Positions 1 through 11,479 of a stretch of 64,000 nucleotides of DNA are shown piece after piece. The DNA is taken from NCBI GenBank assembly GCA_043228905.1, contig JBHGNT010000016.1, positions 10,726,001 through 10,790,000 of the forward strand, written 5' to 3'. The position numbers and the translations under genes are program-made. Every line of letters starts with the position of its first letter. Position 1 is the first letter of the stretch. The stretch comes from Azolla caroliniana (lineage: Eukaryota > Plantae > Polypodiophyta). The notes under the pieces are model-generated. The model was given only the letters and a program-made list of their open reading frames with translations, made no database searches and was not told the origin of the DNA.

Positions 1-44
1 ATGTACAGATTTTTTAAAGATAATTTTTTGAATTGAGTTTATGT

Positions 45-48
<4 letters not shown>

Positions 49-85
<37 letters not shown>
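49..85. repeat. (CT)n microsatellite
   Basis: Direct read; equivalent tract at ~23356-23395 in the second copy of the block. Confidence 0.95.
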
Positions 86-87
<2 letters not shown>

Positions 88-599
88 GTATATGCTCTGC
101 GTATTAAGCTTCTCCATTAAACCTCTTATTCTCTGTTGCTATCCAACTGAGCCGGTTCTGTCTAACGCTTCCGCACGTTTACTTTCACAATTCCACTACG
201 ATCGTCGTAGTCGTAATTCGTAAACATTCAACTACGATTGTCGTAGCCGGAATTCCGTAGTTCGTGAGTTGTCGGCTACTTGAACCCGAGTCTCGTACCT
301 TTTTCCGGCATTCCTCTTCATAGTGGCCATTGTTGCGAAGTTTCACGCGTGTGTGTTACTTTGGTGGGATCATGGGGGTCTTGGACTAGGGAGTACAAAA
401 GGATAGAGAAGACTTAAGGTTTGCTTTACGATAATACTACTTCCCAACCCCTTCCCGAGCAAGATCTCGTTGCCCCTTTTGTGGGGCCGGTGGCTTTCAT
501 TGATCACAACTCATCGATTTTTTGAGATCACTGCACAAGCCAAATGATTAAACGGGTACAAGAAAAGATGAGCACACAAGATAAATGCACAAGGGGACG

Positions 600-1225
600 A
601 TAACACAAACACAAATGCCTGTATGTCTTTATGAGGAGGAGAGGTGCATGGGCACGTTGGAACGCTCCCTTGTCATAAGACGACCGAACGTACAAGGAAG
701 ACACAAAACACATGCAGAAATGCTCGTACGCCTTTCTGAGGAGGAGAGGTGCATGGGCAAGCCTGAACGCTTCCTCCTCACAAGACCACCGAACATACAA
801 GGAAGACACAAACACACACACAAATGCTCGTACTTCTTTATGAGGAGGAGAGGTGCATGGGCACGCCCGAAACACTCCCTCATCACAAGACGACCGAACG
901 TACAAGGAAGACACAAACAGACGCACAAAATGCTCTCTATGCCTTTATGAGGAGGAGCGGTGCATGGGCACACCTGAAATGCTCCCTTGTCACATGACGG
1001 CTGAACGTACAAGGAAGACACAAACACACGTACAAATGATCGTACGTTTGTATGAGGAGAAGAGGTGCATGGGCACACCCGAATGCTCCCTCGTGACAAG
1101 ACGGCCAAACGTACAAGGAAGACACAATCACACGCACAAAATGCTCATATGCCTTTATGAGGAGGAGAGGTGCATGGGCACGCCCAAAACGCTGCCTCGT
1201 CACAAAGCGGCTGAACGTACAGGGG
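600..1225. repeat. ~105-bp tandem repeat, about 6 units, inside the LTR block
   Basis: GAGGAGGAGAGGTGCATGGGCAC...GTACAAGGAAGACACAAAC recurs at ~633, 738, 842, 949, 1054, 1159. Confidence 0.95.
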
Positions 1226-1834
1226 GACGAGAACAAAGAAAAAAAGAAGAAAAAAGAAAAACATGAATGATATTGGCTAAATAAATACATATGTGTTCGA
1301 TTCCAACGCAAGAGCGCCCTTTACAAAATAGGGTTTGATTACAATTTGGCAAGTTCTAGTTAACCACAAGCTCAACAAAACATAAATACTAAATGCCTTT
1401 AGAGACAAAAGAAAATCCAAACACGGAGCACGAACACGACGAACACGAACACATGAGCACCACAAAAATGCCGATTCCTACAAACCACGACCACCCAAAC
1501 GGTGAGCACACCGGCTCGCAACGACTAATGGGGGTGAGACAACGTAGAAGGAATGAAGCTTGGGCTCACGAGCACTGTAAACAAGCACTTCGAGTGCCAA
1601 TGCGAAGAAGACGAGCACGTGGTGATGAGGGGATGAAGGGGTAAGAGATGAAGAGAAATGGTGAAGAAGAAGATGAAGAGCTCAGAAGGAAAAATGACGA
1701 TAGTCTCCTCCTCCCAAAATGTTCCCCCCAAATGAGCCCCCCTTGACCTCCTTTTATAGGAAAGAAAGAAGGGGGGTCGCCAATTTTGTCTTCAATGCAA
1801 AAGGAATAAAATTTCTTAAATCCCGTTGCATTAT

Positions 1835-2524
1835 TGTTAGGAAACAAGTCCCTCCGGATGGTGAAGACCCGGTGAGAATCGGATGAAGAGTACCCGGCTA
1901 CGGAGAGCCGGATGGTGCAGACCCGATGAGAACCGGATGACCAGTACTTGGAAACGGAAGACCCGGTGAGAACCGGATGATGAGTACTCGGCAAGCGGAA
2001 GACCCGGTGAGAACCGGATAACGAGTACCCGGCAAGCGCCGGATGATTCAGGCCCGGTGAGGAGTGCTCACCGGATGAAGAGACATATTCGTAAATATGT
2101 TTCTGAGAGTCCATCGTGGCTATATTTGTAAATAGCCGAAAAGTCATATTAGTATAAATATGACTTAGGGAAAACTTTAGTTATGAGTTGTTGTCATTCT
2201 TGTTTGCGTAAGATCAGAGCGTGTAATTGTGTACAGATAGAGAGAGAGAAATGAAGAGGTTGTTGCCTCTGTTGTAACCGCTGCCTGTGGCGAAGATAGA
2301 AAGGCCGAGGTTGTTGCCTCAGTGCTTTACTATTATACACTGTAACATAGTGATAGTTTGTAGCCTGTGGCTGCCGTGGTTTTTTCCCTAGTTTGGGTTT
2401 TCCACGTAAACATCCTGTGTGCTCTTCTCTTCACTGTGTCGTGCATTCATTCCCGTTTTCGGTGTTTGATTCTAAGCTCGGTTGTGGCCGAGCATTGTGC
2501 ATAGGGAGCGTGTAGTTCCTGTCA
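1835..2524 (+). mobile_element. Solo LTR (copia-type), 690 bp
   Basis: TGTTAGGAA...TTCCTGTCA with ATTAT TSD (1830-1834, 2525-2529); absent at the equivalent site of copy 2 (~63047-63051); internal GAAGACCCGGTGAGAACCGGATGA repeats; CCGTGGTTTTTTCCC..GGGTTTTCCACGT motif typical of plant copia LTRs. Confidence 0.9.
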
Positions 2525-2809
2525 ATTATAAGACTGGATTTGAACCATGCACCTCTAGCTAGAAGTCAATGTGACTATCCACTATTCCATTAACTCTCTC
2601 TTATATAGTATATAGTTCTATATCTACAAATTCATAGCCTGTCTGCCCTCTACTTTTTGTATATCCTCTCTCTTACTTTTTACACAAGCTTCTATACCTC
2701 CTTTTGACCCTTTCTTTTCCCTTTTCTTTTGCATGTGCACACACATTGCACATGCACATTTTGACCCCCCCTTTCACCGGTTTTTCCCACTCTCGAGCAA
2801 GCCACATCA

Positions 2810-4245
2810 AACATCCACCCCCACCAAAACGCACATGATCTGGTATGTGCCAAGAATGGCGGGCTAAGGGTGGTCAATAGTTCATTACCTCCTCCTCATT
2901 GACCCCATGGCTTGTTGTTTTCCCTCCTTTATCTTCGTCAAGTTCATCGAGGTTTGGCTCCCTGTCATGTCACTTTTTGAGGATTTTGACCCGCCAGCTT
3001 AGTCCCATTGAGTTCAGCGAGGTGGTAGGCGGCATTATCGTTTGCACTCGTTACCACGTGGGTAGGTTGGGTGCAACTCGTCCCTATGGTGTATGTTTGA
3101 GTGTATCTGGTAGCTTTCACACGTCCCCACGAAATGGGCGATATCCTTGTACATTCCCGGCCACCAATACTTTTCCTTTAACTTCTCGAATGTTGCCCAC
3201 GTTCCTCTATGGCCCTCCCAAGAACTCTCGTGGAACTCAGACACCAATGTTGTCTGATCCTCTTCCTTTATGACCACTTGTTGTGGCGTGCCTATCCTTC
3301 CCTTCGGGTGCCTCTAGAGGAATCCCCCTCGTAGGAAGTACTTGTACACTTTCTTTTGGACTCTCTATGCTTCCTCCTTCGACCATGAACTATCCACCAT
3401 CATTGAGCTTAAGAACTTGCCAATGTGTAGCCACTCCCCTTTGTATTCACTTTCGTTGAAGGCGTGGATTACTCGCACATCTCAATCATCTATAGACGCT
3501 TCAGTCGTCTTAAAGAAGTCAAGAGTGACATCCTCATCTTCAAACACCATGTCGCTTTGGCCCTCGAATCTTGCCCTCGATAGCATATTTGCCATGGCAT
3601 TGTTCTTCCCTAAAATGTGGTGAATCTCCGGGTTCATTGATTTGATGTAAGCAATCCATCTTAGCATAGCTAAGTCAGGTGTTGCACATCCCAAAACCAT
3701 CCCTAGGATTGGAAGGAAATCCTTCTCTATTACCACCTTTGATCCGATTAGGTAATCCTTATCCGCTTTCACTACCGACATAATACCCCAAAGCTCACAT
3801 TTTACTTGGGCGTATCCTCATTGTTGCTCGCTTAAGACCTTGGCTCCAAACCGGATGGCGTAGCGTGCACCATCCTCTCCTTCTTGGTTGATGACCCATC
3901 CGATCCCTGTTGGACTCATATCTACCATCACGTAGATGGGCACCCCTTGTATACGGGTTTTCGTAAAGTTGGTGCCGCTACCAACATTCCTTTGTTCCTC
4001 TTCATTGCCTCTGTGTGCTCATCCTCCCACTTGAACTTCCGCCCCTTCTTGAGTAGCCCATACAAGGGCTCGGCTAGGTGAGCGTAGTGCGGGATCCAGA
4101 TGTGATAGAATGCATAGGCACCAAGAAATCGCCTCACCTCTGTTTGTGATGGCGTTCATCTTTGCCGGGGATGGCTTCCGTCCGTATGCCCCACACAAGA
4201 ATCTCTGGTTGGCCAAATGCTGATTTCTCACTTGAGAAGGTCAAG
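2810..4245 (-). pseudogene. pol: Decayed gypsy pol fragment (RT C-terminus, RNase H, integrase HHCC), internally deleted
   Basis: ORF pieces: RRFLGAYAFYHIWIPHYA; DYLIGSKVVIE..LRWIAYIKS..NAMANMLSR; HESSWEGHRG..KYWWPGMYKDI..TCESYQ; frameshifts and stops. Confidence 0.85.
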
Positions 4246-4639
4246 CGTGCATCTTCGAGAAGGCCAGCGAGCGTGGTCTTCCCGATCTTTCTGTTGACGG
4301 AGTTCTTCTTTAAGTCTTTCAATCTCCGTTTCCGCCATCCGTCGCAACTTATCCTTTTCTTGCAGCACTTTCTCTTTCTCCTCCTTAAGCCGGTCATATG
4401 CCTGATGTCCTTTCCACAGATTGTCTTCTGCTCGGCAGAGGTTCTCAGCAGTCTTTCTTTGTTCTTCTTCTGCTACTTTCTTTAAGTCCCTTTCTCGGGT
4501 GCGTAATGCTTCTTGTGCGGCCAAACTTGGCGTTCCATCCTTCTTTGGGTCCAAACGCTCCCCAGCCTGTTCTGTGGTGCTTGCCGTCTGGCGCCGCTGG
4601 AGGTGCTCTAATTGTTCCTCCTCTGCTTCCTCCTCCTGA

Positions 4640-4947
4640 TGTCATGAAGACATACATCTTGGCTTATCATGACATTCATCTTGGCGAACCAGGAATCGAA
4701 CCCATAACCTCTTGGTTTACATATTGTACTTTAACCATTGTAATAACATATGTGAGATGTAATCATAATAATTATATGTTTAGTTATTACGAGATATTTA
4801 GAACATTCTAGATTATTCTAGAATGTTCTTAAATATTTCATGATTATATTTATTATTATTATTATTCACAAATATCTAAAATATTCTAGAACATTCTAGA
4901 ATACTCCATAAGGGCCTATAAATAAGAGTCCATACACTCATCACAAC
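4640..4947 (+). repeat. 5' LTR, truncated (308 bp)
   Basis: Identical by eye to 9540-9847, then runs straight into gag coding sequence; the rest of the LTR and the PBS are absent. Confidence 0.92.
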
Positions 4948-5915
4948 GGGTTCATCAACTTGAGGCTACTATATTAACATTACGAGAACAAGCGGCGGGG
5001 GTTCAAAACTCCCCAAGGGAACCAAAGATTAGCCTCCCTGCCAAGTTTGATGGTACCAGATCTCTCTTTCGAGGTTTCCTGAATCAAGTTCGTTTGGTGA
5101 TTCAGTTACATCCCAATCGGTATCCAACTGATGCTGCCCGTGTGGGATTAATAGGAACCTTGCTAAGCGGTACAGCGTTAGCATGGTTTGCACCACTTCT
5201 TGAGAAGAAATCACCATTACTGGAGGATTTCGAGGCATTCGTTAAGGAGTTTCAAGCTAGTTTTGGAGATACAGATAGCACTAGGACTGCAATAAACAAG
5301 ATTCGAAGACTCCGACAAGGAGATCGTCCCGCTTCAGCTTATGCCGCAGATTTCCGTCTCTTGGCATGCGACATCCCTTGGGATGAGGCAGCCTTAATGG
5401 ATCAATTCCGTCAGGGTTTGCGTAACGATGTCAAAGATCTTCTTCTTACTTTCCATGAAGATCCAAAGTCTCTTACTGAAGCTATTAGCCGAGCTGTGCG
5501 ATGTGATAATCGCCTATTTGAGCGACGTTCTGAACGTCAACAAATGTTACGCCGCCAACCGGAACAGACATACGCTTCTATAGTCACCACACCGCCACAA
5601 GGTTCTAGACCCGTTACGAGGGATGGTCCCACTCCGATGGAAATAGAGTCGACACAACGTCGAGGGCCCTTATCAGATGCTGAGAAACAACGACGTCGGG
5701 CGCATCGCCTATGCCTCTACTGTGGTGGTCCAGGACATATAGCTGTGAATTGTCCACATAAACCCAGGCGTCAAGTTTACCAAGTAAGTGCACATGACAA
5801 CCCTACATCAAGTTCTACTATCACTTCTAATAACTTAAGTACTAAGCCTACTAGCCCATGCCATGAGAATAGATTTGATGTCTTGAGCCAATTAGAGGAT
5901 GTGTTAAACGAATAA
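4948..5915 (+). CDS. gag: Gag (5'-truncated): capsid domain plus CCHC zinc knuckle
   Basis: PKISLPAKFDGTR, LSGTALAWF, FRQGLRNDVKD, GPTPMEI, CLYCGGPGHIAVNC; open to TAA at 5915. Confidence 0.92.
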
Positions 5916-8900
5916 GTCCGGCCAAAATAGGAGCCATTTGGTTGGACCATCCTAGTTATGTAGAGTCAGTACCTAGTTGTGGTTCCATTTCATCAAATCA
6001 AGTTAGTAGAGTTTTTTCTGCACAAGTCGAGCTTAGCACATCTACAGGTCATCGCGCCCTAGCCTCTGCCCTCCTAGATTCCGGAGCCAATTCTTGTTTC
6101 ATGGATCGCGAGTTTGCATTGACTCAAAACATCATCTTGAAAAAACTCCCAAACCCAGTAGCTGTAGGAGTCATCGATGGTCGCCCTATAGCATCAGGAG
6201 ATATAGTCGAAGAGTCTGAACCAATTCGTGTAGTCCTAGGTAATTTGGCTAGTGTCATCTCATTTAACATCATTAGTAGTCCGGAGCACTCTCTAGTTCT
6301 TGGTCTTCCTTGGTTTGAGTTACATAACCCAACCATTGATTGGAGAAAAAGAACTATTGAAGAGGTCACCGTACAATCCAAGTCCCTTGAAGCTCCAACT
6401 AAGGATCTAGGATCCCCCACAATTTCAACAATCTCTATACATCAATTACGAGAGGATGGAAGAAAGGAAGACATGATGGTATTTGCGGTTTTAGCAACTC
6501 CCTCATCTAGCTCACAAGAATTGGGGGTCCAACTACCAAAGAAGTACATAGAATTCTCCGATGTGTTCGATAAGGTGAAGGCTAATAGACTACCAGAGCA
6601 TCGACCATATGATTGCCCAATTGATTTGCAGCCAGGAAAAGAGCCTCCATGGGGACCAATTTATAATCTTTCGCCCACGGAGTTAGAGGTTCTTCGAGAA
6701 TATATCAATGAGAACTTGGCAAATGGTTTTATCCAACATTCAAAATCTCCTGCTGGTGCACCCATCTTTTTCGTTAAGAAGAAAGATGGTACGCTTCGTA
6801 TGGTCGTGGATTATCGAGGCTTGAATAAAGTGACCGTTAGAAACCGATATGCTCTCCCATTGATCTCAAGCCTTCTAGAACGCCTCAGTGAAGCAAAGTA
6901 TTTCACGAAGTTAGATCTTCGAGGTGCCTACAACCTTGTTCGAATTCGTCCTGGGGATGAATGGAAGACGGCGTTCCGCACTCGCTATGGTCATTTTGAG
7001 TACACAGTGATGCCTTTTGGCCTCACGAATGCACCAGCAGTCTTCCAACATATGGCGAATGATATTTTTCGAGACTTCCTCGATATCTTCATCATTGTTT
7101 ACCTGGATGATATCTTGATCTACTCAAAAACTCAAGAAGAACATGATATACATGTTCGCCAAGTTTTGCAACGGCTACGAGAGTATGGTCTCTATGCAAA
7201 ATTGGAGAAGTGTAGTTTCGACCAACGTCAAGTGGAGTTTTTGGGGTACATAGTCTCTTCAAATGGCATCTCTATGGATCCATCAAAGGTTCAAACAATT
7301 TTGGATTGGCAAACACCACAGTCCGTGCGAGATGTGCAATGTTTTTTGGGGTTCGCAAACTTTTATCGCAAGTTCATCAAAGACTATTCAAAAATTGTGT
7401 TGCCCCTCACTCAACTGACGCACAAGAATCGATCATTTGTATGGAGTATAGATGCGAACTTTGCATTTGAGGGTTTAAAGCAAGCATTTACATCCGCACC
7501 AATCTTAATCCATGTCGATCCAATGAGGCGCTTTATACTTGAAGCTGATGCATCGGATTTCGCACTCGGAAGTGTACTATCCCAAATTGGTGATGATGGT
7601 GAACTGCACCCGGTGGCTTTTCACTCACGAAAATTTGAAGCCGCAGAAATCAACTATGAGATTCACGACAAAGAGCTTCTTGCCATTGTGGATTCTTTTC
7701 AACAATGGCGTCATTTTCTGGAGGGTTCTTCTCAGCAGATTATTGTCTACAATGATCATAAAAATCTAACATACTTTCAAAGTGCTCGAGTCTTGAATCG
7801 ACGACAAGCTCGTTGGGCGCAGTTCTTAACTCGTTTCGATTTTGTAATTCTATATCGCCCTGGGATGCAACAAGGAAAAGCAGATGCTTTATCTAGACGT
7901 TCGTATATGGAACTTCAACCTGGAGAGGCCGCATTTGAAAGCCAAAAGCAAATCCTCTTAGGTCCTGATCGTCTACGAATAATGGCAATGCATACCATCA
8001 ACACACCGGGAGATTCAAGGCTTCTTGATTCCATTCGTGAGCAGATTGCGACTGATGCGTTCGCCCAAGAGGTTTTGAGCCATATTATCCCAAATCGTGC
8101 ATCTAGCTCCCAAACTCAAAATCCTCGTCTAGACTACACCCAGTTTAGTTGGCATGATGGGTTACTTTTTCGACAAACTCTCTTGTATGTGCCTGACGGT
8201 CCTTCTCGACTGAAAGTCATGCAACAATGTCATGACACACCAATGGCGGGACACTTCGGCATCCACAAGACTTTTGAGTTGATTTCTCGCCGATATTGGT
8301 GGCCACGGCTTCGCCATTTTGTTACGGATTATGTTCGTAGCTGTGATACATGTTGCCGATCAAAAAAGCCTCGACATCATCCATATGGCTTATTACAGCC
8401 AATGCCTATTCCGGAGAGCCCATGGAAATCTATTTCCTTGGACTTTATTACGGATCTTCCACCTTCCAAGGGATTTGATTTGATTCTCACGGTTGTCGAT
8501 CGTTTTACGAAGATGGCACATTTCCTTCCATGCACAAAGACCATTACTAGTCAAGAGACAGCTGATTTACTCATGCGGGAGGTGTTTCGCCATCATGGTC
8601 TTCCGGATGATATTATCAGTGATCGGGGTCCCCAATTCATCTCGAAATTTTGGCGGCACATGTTCAGACTCTTACATACTTCTTGTAAACTCTCTTCCGG
8701 CTACCATCCAGAGACTAATGGGCAGAGTGAGCGCACCAACCAAACAGTCGAGCAATATCTACGTTGTTTTGTCAACTATCAACAAGATGATTGGGTGGAT
8801 TTACTACCTTTGGCAGAATTTGCTTATAACAACTCCGAGCATTCTTCTACTGGCTATTCCCCATTTTTTGCAAACATTGGGTACCATCCTCGTTGGACGA

Positions 8901-9547
8901 TGCTTGAACATCCTGAACTCCCAAAAAACCCAGCTGCTGAAGATCGGCTCACTCGACTCCAAGAAGTTCAGGATATGCTTTTGCATCATTTGTGTGAAGC
9001 CCAAAACACTCAAAAGAAGATTGCTGACCGTCATCGGCGTGATTCATCGACTACATTTCAAGTAGGCGATCGTGTATGGCTCTTACAAGGTAGCATTAAA
9101 ACAACCCGACCTTGCTACAAATTGGATTATCAACGTTTTGGCCCATATGTCATAAGTGGTAAGATCAATGATGTGACATTTCGTCTTGATCTTCCTCCTC
9201 ATATGCGTCTTCACCCGGTCTTCCATGTTTCACTTTTGGAGCCTTACACAACGAGCTCTATTCCGGGTCGTGTTACACCTCCCCCACCTCCAATTGACGT
9301 TTCCAATGGCTCTGAATATGAGGTTGCCGCTATCCTCGACTCCAAGATCATTCGCAACAAACTATACTACTTGGTTGATTGGTTAGGCTATACACCTAAT
9401 GATCGAACATGGGAGCCTGCCGAACATCTTGCCAATGCCTCCGACATGGTTGTTGCATTTCACAACCAATATCCTCATAAACCAAGTCTGAACTCTTTTC
9501 TTCCGACTCGTGCAACTCGTCATCGAAAAGGGGGGATAATGTCATGA
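5909..9547 (+). CDS. pol: Pol polyprotein PR-RT-RNase H-integrase-chromodomain, in the -1 frame relative to gag
   Basis: LLDSGA, YLDDILIYS, EADASDFA, HDTPMAGH..C..C, SDRGPQF, GPY, YEVAAILDSKIIRNKLYYLVDWLGY..TWEP; 1201 codons with no stop. Confidence 0.97.
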   Translation, partial: RISPAKIGAIWLDHPSYVESVPSCGSISSNQVSRVFSAQVELSTSTGHRALASALLDSGANSCFMDREFALTQNIILKKLPNPVAVGVIDGRPIASGDIVEESEPIRVVLGNLASVISFNIISSPEHSLVLGLPWFELHNPTIDWRKRTIEEVTVQSKSLEAPTKDLGSPTISTISIHQLREDGRKEDMMVFAVLATPSSSSQELGVQLPKKYIEFSDVFDKVKANRLPEHRPYDCPIDLQPGKEPPWGPIYNLSPTELEVLREYINENLANGFIQHSKSPAGAPIFFVKKKDGTLRMVVDYRGLNKVTVRNRYALPLISSLLERLSEAKYFTKLDLRGAYNLVRIRPGDEWKTAFRTRYGHFEYTVMPFGLTNAPAVFQHMANDIFRDFLDIFIIVYLDDILIYSKTQEEHDIHVRQVLQRLREYGLYAKLEKCSFDQRQVEFLGYIVSSNGISMDPSKVQTILDWQTPQSVRDVQCFLGFANFYRKFIKDYSKIVLPLTQLTHKNRSFVWSIDANFAFEGLKQAFTSAPILIHVDPMRRFILEADASDFALGSVLSQIGDDGELHPVAFHSRKFEAAEINYEIHDKELLAIVDSFQQWRHFLEGSSQQIIVYNDHKNLTYFQSARVLNRRQARWAQFLTRFDFVILYRPGMQQGKADALSRRSYMELQPGEAAFESQKQILLGPDRLRIMAMHTINTPGDSRLLDSIREQIATDAFAQEVLSHIIPNRASSSQTQNPRLDYTQFSWHDGLLFRQTLLYVPDGPSRLKVMQQCHDTPMAGHFGIHKTFELISRRYWWPRLRHFVTDYVRSCDTCCRSKKPRHHPYGLLQPMPIPESPWKSISLDFITDLPPSKGFDLILTVVDRFTKMAHFLPCTKTITSQETADLLMREVFRHHGLPDDIISDRGPQFISKFWRHMFRLLHTSCKLSSGYHPETNGQSERTNQTVEQYLRCFVNYQQDDWVDLLPLAEFAYNNSEHSSTGYSPFFANIGYHPRWTMLEHPELPKNPAAEDRLTRLQEVQDMLLHHLCEAQNTQKKIADRHRRDSSTTFQVGDRVWLLQGSIKTTRPCYKLDYQRFGPYVISGKINDVTFRLDLPPHMRLHPVFHVSLLEPYTTSSIPGRVTPPPPPIDVSNGSEYEVAAILDSKIIRNKLYYLVDWLGYTPNDRTWEPAEHLANASDMVVAFHNQYPHKPSLNSFLPTRATRHRKGGIMS

Positions 9548-10088
9548 AGACATACATCTTGGCTTATCATGACATTCATCTTGGCGAACCAGGAATCGAA
9601 CCCATAACCTCTTGGTTTACATATTGTACTTTAACCATTGTAATAACATATGTGAGATGTAATCATAATAATTATATGTTTAGTTATTACGAGATATTTA
9701 GAACATTCTAGATTATTCTAGAATGTTCTTAAATATTTCATGATTATATTTATTATTATTATTATTCACAAATATCTAAAATATTCTAGAACATTCTAGA
9801 ATACTCCATAAGGGCCTATAAATAAGAGTCCATACACTCATCACAACTCATTCGGTTCAACACCAGTCTTTAGCCCTTAGCCTACTCCTTGTAATCTTCT
9901 TTCTCATAATATAATCGCATTCCCATTTCTTATCTCTCACTTATACTTTTCTCTCTCTCGCACTCTCTCCCTCTTTCACTCTCTTTCTATCACTATCGCT
10001 ATCTCTACCGCTCTCGCCATCTCTATCGTTATCGTTATCTCTATCGCCATCGCTCTCTCTCTCTACTTCCTACTCAAGAGTCACGACA
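9540..10088 (+). repeat. 3' LTR (549 bp)
   Basis: TG...CA, TATAAATA at ~9817, followed by TSD CCTGA. Confidence 0.95.
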
Positions 10089-10093
10089 CCTGA

Positions 10094-10904
10094 GTCTCGA
10101 TGTTGATTTTTGCTGCCAAGGGGCCCGGCTCTTGTTGAACCAGTCGGTGCAATATGATCTTGATTGGCCTTGCTGGTGTCTCCTCTTGCGTTTCCGCCTA
10201 CCACTCCCAACTGGCGTGCTCTTTTGCCGCCTTGTCCGTGTCGGCCGCCTTCCCTTTGGGTGCCTTAGAGGCCAACAACTGTTGCCGTTTCGAAGCCGTT
10301 TTCGGGATGCCTTCGGTCGTTCTTCCCCACTTCATGGTCTTGGTGGGTTCGATAGGTGGCGCCAATAGGGTGAGCCATTGCGCCATTGTAGTCCATATTT
10401 TCCGACCCTCCTTGCCTCTTACAGAGTCGATGGCCGCATAGAGGTCGTATGCAATCAGTACCGGCCACTCCACCTTCACGCCTTCATACGTTGCTATGAT
10501 GAAGCTGGCTCGGTTCTGAGGCATGCATGGGGGTCAAGGGTATACATGTCCAAATTCATGGAGCACACGGGCAATCTCCCGAAATAATGTATCTTCGCCG
10601 CCCTATGTCCTGTAGGCCTTGCTGGCCAGAGAGTATTCGCCAAAATATTTTCAAATCTGCTCCGGAGTAGGGTTGTCGATAGTGAAGATGCCCCCCCCCC
10701 CCCTTTCGGAAGGCCAATCAAAGCATGCATGGCCTCCTCCGTGATCAGTTCTGTGTCGATTTCCTTCACTATCTTCTTCGCGTCCCGGTGCGGTGGCGCC
10801 TCCATGATCGTGAGGAAACCTTCTAGCCCATGTTGCCTTAGCCACTTCTTGGCTGCTTTAGAGAGTGCTTGGCAGTCCATGGCTTCTTCGAGGTCGGTGA
10901 GCAC
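10094..10904 (-). pseudogene. Extra (third) ORF of the gypsy element, decayed; continues at 4634-4275 as a coiled-coil
   Basis: KKWLRQHGLEGFLTIMEAPPHRDA and YEGVKVEWPVLI are homologous to the ORF at 58.35-58.85 kb in the related element. Confidence 0.65.
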
Positions 10905-11479
10905 TGGTGAGGGATGTGTTTGAGGAGGCTCTATGTGCGTGGGTTCGCCTGTGTGCGGTGGTGCTCCTTTGTTCGCGAAATGTGAAGACCTCCATGCGAT
11001 GGGAGTTTTCTTGCTGCATGTTGGCGCCTTTTTTCTTCCTCACATGTGTGCACGTCATGTACTAAAATAGAATGTCGTGCCATGTGGCGGTGGTTTAATA
11101 CCCTATTAATAGCCCACTACGTACCTTTTCAAAGTGCCTGTTCGGTCCTTGTTCTTGCATGTGTCCGTTCACACCTCACCCTTGCATGATTTACTTTGAT
11201 TTGATTTGATTCGCTTTTTTTTTCCTTCTTTTAGTCCTAAACTATTTGGTTCATTCGCATCCGGTCCCACCGGACCCCTATCCGAATTGTGGGACTTGTC
11301 GGCCGGTGGACTGCTTGCCATCGCGTCGTTGTTGCCGTTTGCCGGCTCGTGCTCCTTCTTACCGGTTTCGAGCTTGCCGATTGCTAAACGTGTTGCCGTC
11401 TCTTCCGACCTACCGGTGTTTGGTTTTGTGTTTGGTTCTGTGTCAAATCGTTCAAATGGGTTTCTTGGCATGGGTCCAT

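Larger units (their letters stand above)
1..2809 (-). mobile_element. Long LTR-like block, copy 1 (3' LTR of a minus-strand gypsy; begins TGATGTGGC on minus at 2809 and runs off the window start)
   Basis: Colinear with 23308-24044 + 43576-43825 + 61440-63331; both copies end GCCACATCA and then diverge; purine-rich PPT-like tract on minus (GGTGGGGGTGGATGT) abuts 2810 and pol remnants lie upstream on minus. Confidence 0.7.
4640..10088 (+). mobile_element. Young Ty3/gypsy chromovirus (Tcn1-like) LTR retrotransposon
   Basis: TGTCATGA...TCACGACA termini, CCTGA TSD (4635-4639, 10089-10093), PPT GAAAAGGGGGGA before 9540, intact pol with C-terminal chromodomain. Confidence 0.95.

Noticed and set aside
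528-1311. Overlapping Cys/His-rich ORFs on both strands (also 43487-43857 and 61357-62546)
   Set aside because: Translations of the 105-bp tandem repeat; no domain signal
4682-4750. Functional tRNA gene
   Set aside because: Acceptor, D and anticodon stems do not pair properly; it is part of an LTR; kept only as a tRNA-derived finding
6124-9386. Small alternative-frame and antisense ORFs within pol
   Set aside because: Shadow ORFs of the long pol frame with no independent motifs
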